Origin: Guillardia theta CCMP2712
Lineage: Eukaryota > Protista > Cryptophyta
Reading direction: 5' to 3'
NCBI RefSeq assembly: GCF_000315625.1
Contig: NW_005434495.1
Location: 28,153 to 92,152 of the forward strand
Length of the DNA stretch: 64,000 nt
Every line of letters starts with the position of its first letter. The stretch's first letter is position 1. Shown here piece after piece: positions 13,692-27,301 of this stretch. The translations under genes and the position numbers were made by a program. The notes beneath the pieces are model-generated. The model saw nothing but the letters and a program-made list of their open reading frames with translations, made no database searches and had not been told where the DNA came from.

Positions 13692-16600
13692 ATGCCTCTC
13701 ACTCCACAGTTCAAGTGGAATGAAGATGAAGAAAGCTGCTCTGTAGAAGTCATTCTTTCAAGTGCAGCTGGATCGACAAGGAATACCCGGGTGGAATGCA
13801 CAGATGCTATGATCAAAGTGACATCTCCACCATACTTCCTGCAAGTGAGCAAATGAGAGTTTTTCGCGGTGATTTGTTGTTGATTGCTTTGCAGCTTGAC
13901 TTGTACAAGGATATCGATGAATCAACCAGCAAGGCCACTGTTCTGCCGGGTGTTGTTTCGATCAAAGCGCGAAAGAAAGACAAGGGAATCTGGGGTCAGC
14001 TGAAGGCGGCTGGAGACGCTGCATCGGTGAAAGAGAGGCGGGAGGCTTCGATTCGAGAGAAAAGCCAGAGAGACGCGCGGCGCTACGAGGACACAAAGGA
14101 GAAGAAACGGCAGGACGATGATTACGTGTTCCACAAGCAGTGGGATCTAGAGAAGGACGAGAAGAGAGTCATTGAGCGCCTTGCTGAGCTGCACAAGAAA
14201 GATGCGGAGAAGCAGCTGTACGAGTGGGTTGATACCAAGGAAGCGAAGGAGGCTGCGGGCAGAGGTGCTGAGGATGAGCAGGTTTCGACTTACTTTGACA
14301 AGCAGCTGGTGGAGGGAGACGTCGATCCCTTCGAGGAGAAAGATGGACTCATTCCGCTCCCTGGCAGTTACCACAAGAAGACAGCAAGAAGTAGCGCCAT
14401 GGCAAACTCGCTCAAGGCTGAACCAGTACCAGAGTTTGACATTAGGAAGAAAGACAAGGAAGCATCGATCGAAAGACGAGATGAGGTTAGTGCAAAGAAA
14501 TCTCAGATAGAGGAGATAGAGGAGGAGGAGGAGGAGGAGGAGGAGGAGGAGATCAAGAAAGCAATGGAGCAGGAGGTCGACGAGGAGCAGAAGGCGAAGG
14601 AGCACAGACGACTTGAGGCAGAACGAGTGATGCCGCTGTCGATGACAGCCAAACAGAAACCTGATGCCAGTAGCTCTTCTAAGAACCCAGCAGTGGAGGA
14701 AGAGGAGAGCTGCCGTAACAAGAAGGAGGCAGAGGAAGGTGACTTGGGCAAGGAACTTGCGTCCGGGAAGAATGTCGAAGAGGAGGAGGAAAATGATGAA
14801 GACAAACCGGCCAACAAGAGAGAATCTTCACGATCGGACGTGGCAGATGAAGAGAAGCTGTTAGGAAGGAAGAAGGGAGCCTCTCTCAACAGGTCTCTTC
14901 TTTCTGCTGGCGATCCCCCATGACTCTCCTCCTCAGATGGGATGCAGAGGCTGTTGCGCAGAAGCACAGAATGATTGGAGACGCATACTTCAAGGCTGGT
15001 ATGGTTGAGGATGCAAAACGGCACGAGGCACTTGCGAGGGAAGCTGCTCCATGGGTAGAGGATCAGCTGAGAGTGTACGAGACGAAGGAGGTGAGGGATT
15101 GGTGGAGGTGGACAAGGAAGACCAGACGGTAATTCTGAACAGGAAGAGGAGTTGAGACTGCAAAAGGAGAAGGAGAAGGAGGAAAAGGATCGAGACACGC
15201 TCTCTGCGCTGCCTCCTCCTCGCTCAGCTGGAAGGGTCGAGCTGAACTTCACCAAAGGTCGTCGTAACCTGCCCGCAAGGTCTTGGAAATGATAAGGGGC
15301 GGGGGGCGGGGGCGAGGAGGAGGAGGAGGAGGAGGAAGGGAGGTGGGGGAATCTGACCGATGGAGCAGAGAAAGAATCGAGACAGACGAAGAGGTCAAAG
15401 TCCGCGAAGAGGAAGACTACCGCGAGAAGAAGCGGGCCAACCCCGACGCCAGGTATGCCGCTGGGTAGTGAAGGGTTGAGGTTGTGGAGAAGTCCATTGG
15501 GGATTTTGATTGCGGGTGGATGACGCAACCAGGATGAGGATGTGAAGCGAGTTCGTGATGCTTTTACTTTTGTTGTTGTCGATGTTGTCGTTGGTGATGA
15601 TGTTGGTTACCATGACGACGGTGTTGTGATGCTGTTAATGATCATGATGATTCAGGGGTCCCAATGAGGATCAGGCACAATGGCTGAAGATGCGAGGAGA
15701 TCATTTCTATAGGACGAGGGACTACAGGGCAGCTCTCAACGCCTACACTAGCTGCTTGCAATTGGACACCAGGAACGCTCAGGCATATAGCAACCGCAGC
15801 CTGTGCTCCCTCCGCCTCTTCCTCTTTGCAGACGTCATAGCAGACGCCAGCAAGGCTCTCGACCTCTTCAAGAAGGTGGAGGACAAGGAGGGGAGAGAGG
15901 TAGCTGACAGAAGGGTGCAGGTGAAGAAGGAGGGGAAAGATCCCGAGGATTGGGCGCAGGAGCTGGAGAAGCGAGCTCGATGTCTTCTGCGCCGCGGAAC
16001 AGCATACACGCGCTTGGGAATGTTCGACCTGGTGGACCTGCGATGAGCGAGAGGAAGGAGGAGCTTCTAACTGTCTCTCTCCTTGCAGGCCCTGCAGGAT
16101 CTTGACGCAGCGAGTAAGCTCCTTCCAGACAACGAGCTGATCAAGGACGACCTGGAGGGGCTGCGAGAGGTGAGGAGGGAGGCCGAGGACCAGGCAGTGG
16201 AAGGGGGGGGGGGGGAGGTCGATGAATATGGGTCCTGCAACATCAATATACAACGTTGACTGTGAGAGCAGGCGATCGCTCAGCATCCGTACGTGAAGGC
16301 GAAGGAGGAGGGGGACCGCGCTTTCAAGCAGGGGAACACCGATGAGGCCATTCGAGCATACGATGCTGCCATCGATGCAGATGGAGGATGCTTTCAGGTC
16401 CCTCTAGTTTCCTTCCTCTTGTTTCTCGTCCTTGTCTTTCGTTTCGCGTCCCCTCACAAGCTTTCACCTCAGGCTCTGTCCAACCGAGCAGCCTGCTGGC
16501 TCGCAAAGGAGGAGTATGTCCGCTGCATCGAGGACAGCACAGAGGCGCTGATGCTGCTCGACCCTTCTGGTCACTTCAACACGAAGCTGGCACTCCGTCT

Positions 16601-17038
16601 GCTTGTCCGCAGAGGCACAGCGTGAGGACCCGAGAGGCAGGGGAGGAGCAGGGATGACGAAGGCGCAGGAGGTGCTGGCACGGTGACTTCGAAGAGGGAA
16701 GAGCAGACTTCAAGCGCGCGCTCTTGCTCGACCCGCACAACAAACAGCTCCAAGACGATGTGAGCGATGCTGGAGGAGGAGGAGGAGGAGGAGGAGGAGG
16801 AGGAGGAGCAATCACCGTTGAATCTCTGAGACGGGGGAGGCGGAGGAGGAGGAGGAGGAGGAGGAGGAGGAGGAGGAGGAGGAGAACCTGACTGTCTGTT
16901 CAGGTTTCGATGCTCGTCACCACCACCGGAGCAGCCAAGAGTCTCTCAGAGTTCATGGGAAGCGCGTTGCCGGATGCAAGGAGCCATGCCCTCGCTGCCC
17001 TCGAGGCCGCAGGGATCCAGCGACCTCCGGGAGCATAG
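13692..17038 (+). CDS. DNAAF4: Dynein axonemal assembly factor 4 (DYX1C1): CS domain + coiled coil + TPR repeats
   Basis: N-terminal MPLTPQFKWNEDE...IKVTSPPYFLQLDLYKDIDESTSKA (CS/p23 domain); PPPRSAGRVELNFT motif; TPRs PQWLKMRGDHFYRTRDYRAALNAYT...YSNRSLC and KAKEEGDRAFKQG...LSNRAAC. Confidence 0.85.
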
Positions 17039-17124
17039 GGGGAAAGAGGGAGAGCAGGAGGATGACATGGAATGAAATATAATGATAACAAGAGCAAGCA
17101 GAGGCGGGGGAGGCAGCTCCTACT

Positions 17125-20100
17125 TTACATGTTCTCAGCGACACCTGCAGGTGCATCAGGAGAAGAGACGAGCAAGACAAGGAGCGATGAGGAGAGAGGG
17201 AGCAGGAGGAGAGAGTCTTGCCTGCCATGACGTCGAGGAACTGGCTGAGGTCGTTGGGGCTGACATGAAATTGGACCTGACACTGGGATTCAGCTGGGCT
17301 CCTGCTCTTTCTGACCTCCTGCTCACCCGGCAGAAGTCGTAGATGACGAACTGGAGGGCGATGAGAGCGCCGCCGAAGAGGATGCGAGGCTGAAGGCCGA
17401 TGAGGATATCTCCCCATCTCCTACTCGCTACCCACGTCCTCCACGCGCTCCCCAGTGTCGCTCCTCTCGACTCGCTAGCCTTGGCGAAGAGATAATCCCC
17501 CGGCTGTGACGTCACTGCCGACACCATCCCAGCTATCGTCCCTACACATCGTCACAATCGCGCCCAGCTCTGCTCGAGCTGATACCGCTGACCAACGAGA
17601 CGAAGAGGATGGAGCCGAGATCGTCGCGGAGTTCAGGGAAGGCGAGGAAGATGCTAGTCTTGGTCACATCGAAGACCGCAAACTTGGACATGACGAAGAG
17701 AACGTCTTTAACCAGCATTGGAACCTGCGAAAAAGCTCTCACTTCCTCCTCCTCCAGCTCCTCCTCCTCCCCTCACTCCTCCCCTCTGCTCCTGCTCACC
17801 AATCCACTAAACAGGGAAGACCACCCTTCCTCTTCCTGCATCCTGTTCCATCCCTTGATCAGGCTGCTCCCAGCGAATTTTTCGTCGGCGATCAGCCTGG
17901 CAATCGCATGAGCTGCGGTTGGAAGACAGCAGAGCTTCACCTCGTCTTGACGGCCATGAATGGACAAGCTGCTGCTGCCGCGAAGACAGCAGCTGTCACG
18001 CTGGACAACACAACGACGGGAACAGGGTAAAGCAGAGACTGCGAGGACCATTCAGTTCTTCCACCACAATTTGAGCAGACAGACCAGCTTGGGTCCAGCT
18101 AGATCCGCAAAGAACCTCCTGAAGAACTCTGTACCTCCGAAGGACAGAGCCCCGTAGATGCCGAACCCAGCCACCTCCGGCTGACGTGACGTGTCAAACT
18201 CACGGAGGCCTCACAGTTTTGAACCTGCAGGCCTCTGAGCAGAGCTGTCAGCCCTCCTTCCTTAGTCAAAACTTTGACTGCTGCATCCAGCAGCCCATCG
18301 TACGTGCCCTGTGGTGCTGTCTGCAAGAGGCCGTCACGCTCACGCGAGGGCCCAGCAGGTGTTCACCTGCATGCGGATCTTGACGGTGTCAAGAGGAACA
18401 AGAGCGGCGTGCGCGAAGCTGGCACAGATGGCTCCACTCGCTGCAAGGCGCCAGTAGACACTGCAAGGAGTTGAGAAGGAGGAGGAGGAGGAGGAGGAAG
18501 AGGACCTGCCATCTAGGTTCGACTCTTTCTCGATAGGAGCCCGTCTAGAAACTTTCCCCAGAGGCCCGAAGGGCGTAGAGATGTTGTTGCCCAAAAGAGA
18601 CTTCTCGACGAAGGAGAAGCGGTTGGAGGAGGGATCATACTCAACGCGGACCTGTGAGAGCAGGTGAGACATTTGCAGCTGCTGTAGGATTTAGAATCGA
18701 GAAGACCGATGAAGGGAGAAGACGCGTCAGAACTTCGTCAATGGTCTTGGTGTCCTGTGAGTTCATTGCAACCTTCTTGGCACTTGTGTTGCCTGAAGTA
18801 ACTCAGAAATGCCGTCCACCATCACCTCAACATACCGAGTCGTCCGAAGGTGGCAATCGCCGTTGCTGTTGTTCCGTTCGTGTCTCCCCCCGAGTCTATG
18901 GGAGATTGTACTTTGACCTGCGTCCTACATCATTCAGAGAGCGCTCAGTTCCAGGTCTACCTTCCACGGGCAAGAAGTTGTATATCCAGCTCCCGGGTTC
19001 AAGATCTCGATCCGATCTACCTCTTTATCCAGTACAGCATATCCTCTTCCTGCTGCTGCCATCTGATCCTCCGACTCGTCGGGCAGGAAGTTCACTCGCA
19101 GATATTCCTTAGAAACTCGTCCGATCCCGCTCCCTGCCGCCTTCATCTTCACTCCCACTACTCGCCCATCCTCCACGACAGCCTCTGCCTTGGGCTTCTT
19201 GAAATTTTCCTCCATCATCCCCATCTTGGCCAGTTCATCAAGCCCCTCAAACACTACACGCGGAGGCTTCGAGAAGTTTCCACCCCCGTCCTCAACCTCC
19301 ACTCTTAGGATCTTTCCGTTGGGCCGCAGGAGACATTTCGCTTGAGCTTTGACCGCAGGATCGTAGTCGACCAGCACATCGACTTCAGGCGCAGCTCCTG
19401 TGTACCCTGATCCTCGTGATACCAGCGAGACTTTGGTCAGGCTCGCGTTCTCCCACATTGACAGCACAGACTGAATCTCTTGGGTGGGTTGGAACTTGTC
19501 CATCAAGGTGAAGAGGAAGCCGATCTGCTGCAGGGCGTCTCGATCGGCCGATCCAAACCTTCGAACCAGCAGCTTGACCAGACGCGCAGCTCCTTCCGTC
19601 CCATTGTACGACTTGAGCCCATACTCCACCGAGGCAGAGAAAGATGCGAACTGCTCCAATCTCTTGTCTTGATATGCGTCCATCGGCAACACAGAAAGCT
19701 CCTCTCCTCTCCTCTTCCACAGTGCCATGCTGCTGGCATCATAATTCAGGAGAAATTTGGAAAGGTACTCTATGAAGCGCAGGGAATAAGTCGATTCAGC
19801 AGCGTTCATGTTGGTTCTGATCGCTGACCCCTCTGGCCCAGACACCGGACGCCAAACGAGACCAGGCGGCTGCTTGGCGGCGGCTCGGCGCTCTCCAACA
19901 GGAAGAAAGAACCCGGAGAGAGCAGCAGCGCTCACGACAAGCATGCTCCTTCGCGCTACTCCTTCTCTTCTGATCTCATCCTTGCCGCTTTCCGGGCGTG
20001 ACACTGCACTAAGCAATCGAAGCCCGCCACCCTTCTTGCGCAAGGTTTTCGGGGGGTTGGAAATCACCCTCCTTGTTGGGTGCAATGTCGAACCTGAGAA

Positions 20101-20166
20101 CAGAAAGCATTCTACTTGAAAGCACAATAACGCCCAAGCGAGGAGCAGGCAGAGAAAGGTTTTCAT
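17125..20166 (-). CDS. Mitochondrial carrier family protein (phosphate-carrier-like) with signal peptide + transit peptide and long N-terminal extension
   Basis: Carrier motifs SGAICASFAHAALVPLDTVKIRMQ, VSAVTSQPGD and GLQPRILFGGALIALQFVIYDF. Leader MKTFLCLLLAWALLCFQVEC-FLFS...; N-terminal GSGY/GAGY repeats. Confidence 0.8.
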
Positions 20167-20536
20167 GAGTTCCTTCACTGGACTTCGTCAGGTCATTTTA
20201 CCTAGAAAGCAGAAATCATGGAGTGAAATTACAGAGCATCAGACAACTTGTAAGCTGCAATTACACGTCTAGAGTTACAACCCATCTCTCACCTACACCT
20301 GACAACCCTGTCAAGTGCTGAGTGCTCCCTGGTAAACAACTCCTGCTGCTTTGGTACCATCTCTCATCTTTGGTCCGATCCTCTCAACTCACAGTCGTGC
20401 AGTTATCTTGTGGGTTGTTCTCACTTACACTTGTTTCTCTTTCGTCATTAGTAGGCTTGTTGCATCATCTAGCAGGTATAAAAATGGATATGGAGGTGTG
20501 TGGGGTCAATTCACATTCCTCTCTGCCGTTTCTCAT

Positions 20537-20591
20537 CAAGAGGACAAGAGGACAAGAGGACAAGAGGACAAGAGGACAAGAGGACAAGAGG
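20537..20591 (+). repeat. (CAAGAGGA)n tandem repeat, ~7 copies
   Basis: Directly visible in sequence. Confidence 0.9.
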
Positions 20592-21070
20592 CAGGAGAGC
20601 ATCATCTCTTGCTCTCTCTCTCTCTCTCTCTCTCTCGTCTTCTGCTCTCCTCTCTCCCTCTCCCTCGTCTTGTCTTGTCCAATCTCATCACATCACAACT
20701 CTACTTCAGGGTTCATGCGTTCGCCTCCGGATCAACACGGACCCTGGGGGCAAAAATTGGGGTGGGGTAACGGAGAAAAAGGGGTGGTCCAGCGGGAAAA
20801 GGGTTGGTCATCGACGTGGAGGAATCTTCACTATAGCAAAGTAGGGTTGACCTTGGGTAATCAGGGGGTGGGGTGGGCATGGGGGATATGGTCGCTTCTG
20901 GGGGTAGGGTACATTTGGACCCAGACCAGGGTGGGGTGGATACTGAAACAGTGGTAACGGTGGGGGGGAGCTGTCACAAGAGGGATGCGGCTGCTGTGCA
21001 AAGATGCGCTCTCGGGAGTCGTCGCTCAGTAGACATGTTGCTCTGATAGCGCATGACCATGCTTCAACCC

Positions 21071-21944
21071 TCAGATCGTTCTAGATGGAGAGAGAGCTTC
21101 AAAGTCCCTTCCCTTCTGTGCGCTCTCCCCGATCTTGCCCACGGGCTTCTGAAGGGCTTGAGGGCGAAGATTGTGACAACGCATTGAATTAGACGATTGA
21201 ATGTACAACCAAAATCCAGTATTTCTGGAGAAAAACAAAGAAAGACAATGCACGTTCTCTACCCATACAACCTTATCGCAAAAACTGCCGTCGAAATACA
21301 AAACAAAATCCGATGGAAGAGCTAGAAGGAAATGAGTTTCGATCATCAGAGAGTGTCGTCACAAAGACAGATGTGCTTACATGCGTTGATGGGAGCTGTG
21401 AAGGTGAAGCACCTGCCAGCAGATTAAGTTCAAGTTCGCCATCATTCTGGGTTCTACTGAGAAGTACTCCTCCGCTTATGAGTGATCCACTTGGTAATCC
21501 CTGACGCTCGATCAGTGATGTCCTGTGGTAACACTTGCTGGATTACCTGCTGCTGTAGATTGAAATTGATCCGCCGCTCCGTCAGCTTCTTTACCACCTT
21601 TCCACCAAATTCAACACAATTTGCAAGACTTTCGAACGTACAGTCGTCTGCAATGGCTTCGTAGTTGTGAACACCTGACCATAATTTAAGCACCGGATAA
21701 GAACACTGGAAATCCGTACAGTCGCAGTGACGTCGGAGGAAGACGATGGAGATGAGAGTCTTCGATCGCCTTCAAAATATGCACCCCTGGAGAAAGTTTT
21801 AGAGCACGTCTCGCCAAAACAATCGCGACAAACCCGCCAGAAGTATGACCATCTCCTGAGCCAGAGGAGGATGCTGATCCTGAGTTTGAGGACGACGAAC
21901 TGGCAGAGGAACTCGAAGTCTGAGATGAAGAACTCTGCTGGCTT

Positions 21945-21980
<36 letters not shown>

Positions 21981-23728
21981 CTCGTCGAGGTGGCTTGTGC
22001 GCTGTCGATGAGCTTGGTGATATTAACCTGGATGAAAGTCAGAAAGAGGGAACATTAGCTGATTTAGCTGACTCAACATACCATTTCGATGGTGACTTCC
22101 GATGCGTCGGCGATTGCTTGAATAAAAGGAAGTTGGAATTTGGCTTCAAAAGCGAAAAAGACGAAACGCATCAGATAATAAACTGAATTTCCATGTCATA
22201 CCTTTCATCTCAGTCACGGGAACAGGCAATCTGACTGTTACGGGAACATAGGTTGATGCAGCAGCAGTCTTCGATGTAGTACCACTACACAATTGTCAAA
22301 TCTTCTGTCCAACCTATGTGAAAGGAATGCTTACAATTCTGATGGACATGTTGAGTTCGATGTCCCACACCCCGGAATCTTGATTCCAGCAAAGCAAGCT
22401 GCTTCAAATCAGTCGCCCAAAAAACAAAGAAAACAATATACAGTAACAATTCATGCAGGTAGACTGATATGCAAAAAAGTTCTGTGAAAGCTTTAAGTGA
22501 CAAAAACAGCTTTCTATACTTCACCTGAGGACAAGCTCTGCAAGTTCCTGGTTTAGACCCTTGACACCCTGTCCATTTGCTTGAGTTCGGACTGTAGAAC
22601 AAGCCATGATGATTTTTCACCAGAAAGATATTCTCCGGTCTTGCAATTCGAACATTGCATGCACTCTGTTCATCCATTAGTCATCGTGAAACCACGGTAC
22701 ATCACAAGATTACTCTGTTGGCTACAATCTTTATAGTATCCAGCGCTACATGCTGTACAACTGCGAATACCAAGTCACTTAAATAAAACAAAATAAATAT
22801 TTAAGGTACTTTGCGGCCAGGCAAATTGCATCTGAAGTCTCTGAACCTTTAAACATCAATTAATAATTGTTTCCTGTACGAAAATCGTGGCTCACATTTG
22901 CTAACTTCCAGCTCCTGAGATGAGCAAGTCGAGCAAGAAGAACAAAGGGAACTAGAGTTAGCTCCGATGAATGTTGTGAATTTCCCTGCTGGGCATTGGG
23001 AACAAGATCCAGAACCACTCTTATCCTTGTACATCCCTGCTGGGCAAGGAAGACAGGTACTTCCCGTCTGATTGAACCCTGAAGGGCATACACAATCCGT
23101 CACAGATGAACTGCCAGCCGGTGACGTCATAATTCCAGGACACTTCGCACAGTTCCTACAGGTACACACGTGAGTCAGGAACCTGAGCAAATCGACATCA
23201 TTTCTCGCCATACCCTGTCGAATCTTTGTACGTGTTGGCTGGGCAAGAGGCCGGCACGATAGTGTAGACACAATCGGCAGTCTTCTTGATAGAGTCAGAC
23301 CTTGAGTTGGACCATGCGCCTCTCAAAGTGACGGTCCCCGAGGAAGGAAGAGTCACAGCACCGCCACAGCTAAGTGACCTGGTCATTGAACATTCCCCTC
23401 CTTGAATCCCCCATGTCCCTGTGCCTGCGCTCGAGACCATTTCGACGATGCAAAGACGGCCAGGATTGGAAAAACTGATAGAAAGTCCTGTGGTCGAGGT
23501 AGGGACATTGGACCCGCAACTGAGTGACTTTCCATTGGTAAGGCTGATAACCGCCTGTATCGATGTAACTACAGCTCCGTGGCCACTGAATTGCGCGCCG
23601 TCAACCAAGGGCTCAGCACATTGGAGAAGTGACGGAACAGCGGAAGAAATCTCAAGAAAACCCAAGAACAAGATGCAATGCAGGCTTGAAGCCAGCAGAC
23701 GAGCTGAAGCAAACGTTCGAAAACTCAT
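21071..23728 (-). CDS. Secreted/membrane Cys-rich surface protein (GCC2/GCC3 ephrin-receptor-like and TNFR-like repeats, Ser-rich stalk); 3' end approximate
   Basis: Signal peptide MSFRTFASARLLASSLHCILFLGFLEISSA; CPANTYK, TSPAGSSSVTDCVCPSGF, CLPCPAGMYKDKSGSGSCSQCPAGKF; poly-Ser tract at ~21880-21990; LTERRINFNLQQQ|GLPSGSL. Confidence 0.65.
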
Positions 23729-24111
23729 CCTGCCCCAGCGGTAACCCAGAAGAACCGGAGGATCAATCGGAATAGAGGGGGGGGAAGGAGAGAGGAGAGA
23801 GAGGAGGAGAGAGGAAGGCCGTGCAAAGCGGCAGCAAGTGGGGACGAGCAAGCAATTGGTTTCGATCAACTCCCCCTGTCAACAACTTGCCATGGCAACC
23901 ACGTCCCTGACAAACTCAACACTGTTACTCATAGGTACCCTTTTGTACCATCACCCCACCTATTTCCCTCTGTATGACCCCTCCTGGTGAGATTTTAAAA
24001 AAGAGGCCCGGCCGACTCATGTTTAACTAGTACTCCTTTGAGTAAAGAGTACTAGCCAGTGTACGGCCCCGGGCCCGGCCGGGGAATTCGGAACCGGTTG
24101 TAGAACTAGGG

Positions 24112-27100
24112 ATGAAAGTTGATTCCGAGGAGATAATCGGGCCGGTAGTAGCGCTATGGCGTCGCTACCAGCAGGTAGAAAATGTTCGCTTCTGCCTCAC
24201 CCTTCTCGTCTTTGTTTCATGAGTTGTGTCAATCTGCCAATGGCCCGACTTTCTCTTGTCTTCAATGAGAGCGAGAGATCTGACGGCTTGCGTTCAGTCC
24301 TGCGAGATGCGATTCAAACGACCTTCCATGATCTTGACATTCAACAAAATGGATTTCTTCAATTCAAGTCAGAAGTGTTCTTATTCTCGCTACATGTAGC
24401 TTGACTTCCTTCAGATTTTTTTCACAGTTGCTGCACAAATCTGGACTTTACATAAATGAGATGGAAACGAATGCTATAAAAAGACACCTCAGTCACATCA
24501 AGGTTAGATAACCTCAAGAATGCACCTGTCTTGTGACGCAAAGACAGGGAGCTGAGGACGAGGAAACCAAAATAGTTTTTACAATTGAAGACATACATTA
24601 CTTTTGCACGGTATAGCTATTATCTGATGAGAATTGCTGACTAAGGATGTTTGAAGAATCCTTCATTTATGATATGTCTACAAATCGAAGAATCGATGAG
24701 CTCGGAACGAGAAATCAGGTTATCCTGGTCATCTTCTTCCATCATTGTTATGATTCAGGCCCCACAGGATAAACCAATATGTCTCAAAAGTGCTTGAACA
24801 AGACGAAAAGACTATCGACGACTTCCTAAAATCTCCATCGTTGAGCATTGTTGGAGATAGACAAGCAGTGCTGTACTTGCTTTCATGTTTTCGGTTCCAG
24901 TATTCGTTGACCAGTATACATCAGGCGACTTGCCAAGATCTTGCGGGAAAAGTCTTTGGACATCGCAACTCGGAAGAATTTGGTAAGGAAAGAGGGGGAT
25001 GATATGTAGCCTGAGGTATCCATGATCAGACCAAAGCAATCTCAAAGATCTCCGAAAAGCCCAGAGAAGTGAAAGCTTGTGTATCCGAAAACTAATGTAA
25101 TGTGTTGACGAAGGCTTCGGGTGTTGATAGAATGCCTGGAGTGAAAAAGGATAAGATCTATGATGATCAAGCTATTGCAGGTATTGACCTGAGAGATAGT
25201 TTTGCTCTCCGCTGACCTGCAACAGCTTTTTCATGGATTCTGTGTCATGGATCACCAATCTACATGGATCAGCGGACCTTTACAAACCCAGAACACGAAA
25301 ACATCAGTCAAGATCTAGTATTCGTGTTCGTTTGAATACTTTTTGATCAACGATTTGAGATCAGATTCCACTGTATACGCATTGGATTCAGAAGTATGAA
25401 AAATCAACAAGACGTTTGGTAGCAATTATGGACACAAACACAGCTCACGAAGTCTGAACAGGAATTTGTTACAAAACTTCAAGAAGAAGGCTCTTCGAGG
25501 CAATCAGTGCCTCCAGAATTAGTTGAGTATAGGTGACCTCAGATTTGTTGCGGTGCGACAGGACTGACGTGGAAACTCAGAGAAACGTGCCATGAAGCTT
25601 GTGAGTTTGTTCGAATGGAGGCGATCAGAGGGTTGGGAAACATTTCAGACCACGAGCATGAGCATTCGCTCAAGGTAATATGGCGATTCGAAGCCTTGTT
25701 CGTTATGTATCGATACGTTCCTCCAGGTTCTGGAAAGATGTGCGACGTCGGATCCTTGCTGGGCAGTACGTGGCATGGCGCTTGAAATGTTTGAAGCGAC
25801 TGTTTGAAGATGAGCTGCAATGAGATTGATTCCTTAGGTTGAAAGCTTTTGCAGTGAACATCCGGTTTGTTCTTGGAGTTTTATGCTGCTCGTCACGTGA
25901 CGAGGATCATCGCAGGAAGGCTTCTTTCTTCGAGCGATGGGACATGCAGGAATACTGGTGGTCAGACCAAGATGAACCGTGGAGATCTCAAGACGAATCA
26001 AGGAAATATTTATGGCAGACTTTAGAAATCAGCACGAGAGATATAGCGTGGCAGGTATTAGCAATGATGATGAAGACAACCTTGTGGAATGAGTGTGCAG
26101 GTGCGAGTACGAGCTATCGAAGTGATCACAGAAACAGCTGAGATTGGGAATATCGATGCTCACCGAATCCTCGTGCCTCTCATTGAAGACCAATCCAACG
26201 TGAGATCTCCGAATTCTGTCACGATGTCCTTTGAATTGGATGCAAAGCGAGTCAAATCTGCCACACAGCGTGGACTTACCAACCTGGTATGCATGGATTT
26301 TTGTTTCAAAATTATTTTGAGGATGTCGTAAATAGCTCTACGGCCGTGGCGAGTGGGTTGCAAGGAGATGGGAGGAGTTACAAAAGTAATCATCTTTGCG
26401 GCTAAATACAATGTCTGACGTTGCTATCAAGAAATGTAAAGGACGGAATGGAACATGATTTAGCAGCAAGTGAGGCTGAAGAGAAAGCCACTAGGGCAAC
26501 AAGGAAGGATGCAGCGACAACTGTGATCGATGTGTTGATCGAGTACATCAAAAGTGGGAAGCATGGGTTCAGGTCCTTTCGGCTTTATGGCCTTGAGAAG
26601 CGTTTTGATCCATCTTGCAGGCAGCAAAATCTGATTACATTGGGTAAAGTAGTTCATTCCGCAACGATGAGAGGAGAAAACAAGTGCATCAGTAAGAAAT
26701 GTTGACCAGATCGCTTTCAGTTGAAGTTCCTCAGATTTTCTTGTCGATTGCATGGATTCCGACATTGCATCAGTGCGAACAAGCGCAATGGCTGCAGTAA
26801 GAGTTATCTGTCTGAAAGATGATAGGAGGGTGGTGCAGAAAATCATGGAGATGGCAGCCTATGATGTCGACGTTCATTGCAAACGATATGCGATCGAATC
26901 TCTCGAGGTCGTCTCCTCGCGAGGGCAGCGAGACCCTCTCGACGTACTCTGCGATCTCCTTGGTCATGGTGAAGCAGAAATTCGCGAATCCGCCGTGAGA
27001 TGATTGACATGCCCAACTGCTTTTGCTGAGCAATCGTGCGATGTACAGGTTAGGACGATAGAACATTTGGCAGACCACTGCGATTCGCATATGATAGGGA

Positions 27101-27301
27101 AGGTGTCCTAGATATCTCTTTTCTGCTTCTCCGTCATTCAGCTCTCAGATCCAGCTTCTGCTAAGCGACTCCAACTGGTCAGTGCGACGAGCTGCTGCAA
27201 CATGCCTCAAGCATCTCTGTGGCGATCATTCAAATGTGGAAAACTTGATCCCCGATCCGCAAGATCGCCGATGGTTCTTGAGATCTTGGCCACATCCCTG
27301 A
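24112..27301 (+). CDS. Multi-exon protein with N-terminal EF-hand-like segment and C-terminal HEAT repeats
   Basis: FHDLDIQQNGFLQF; HEAT-like DSDIASVRTSAMAAVRVI, DVDVHCKRYAIESLEVV, GEAEIRESA and LSDSNWSVRRAAATCL. Confidence 0.6.

Noticed and set aside
20322-20957. ORFs of 114-211 aa in three frames
   Set aside because: Open only because of microsatellites and G-rich low-complexity DNA; no coding signal.
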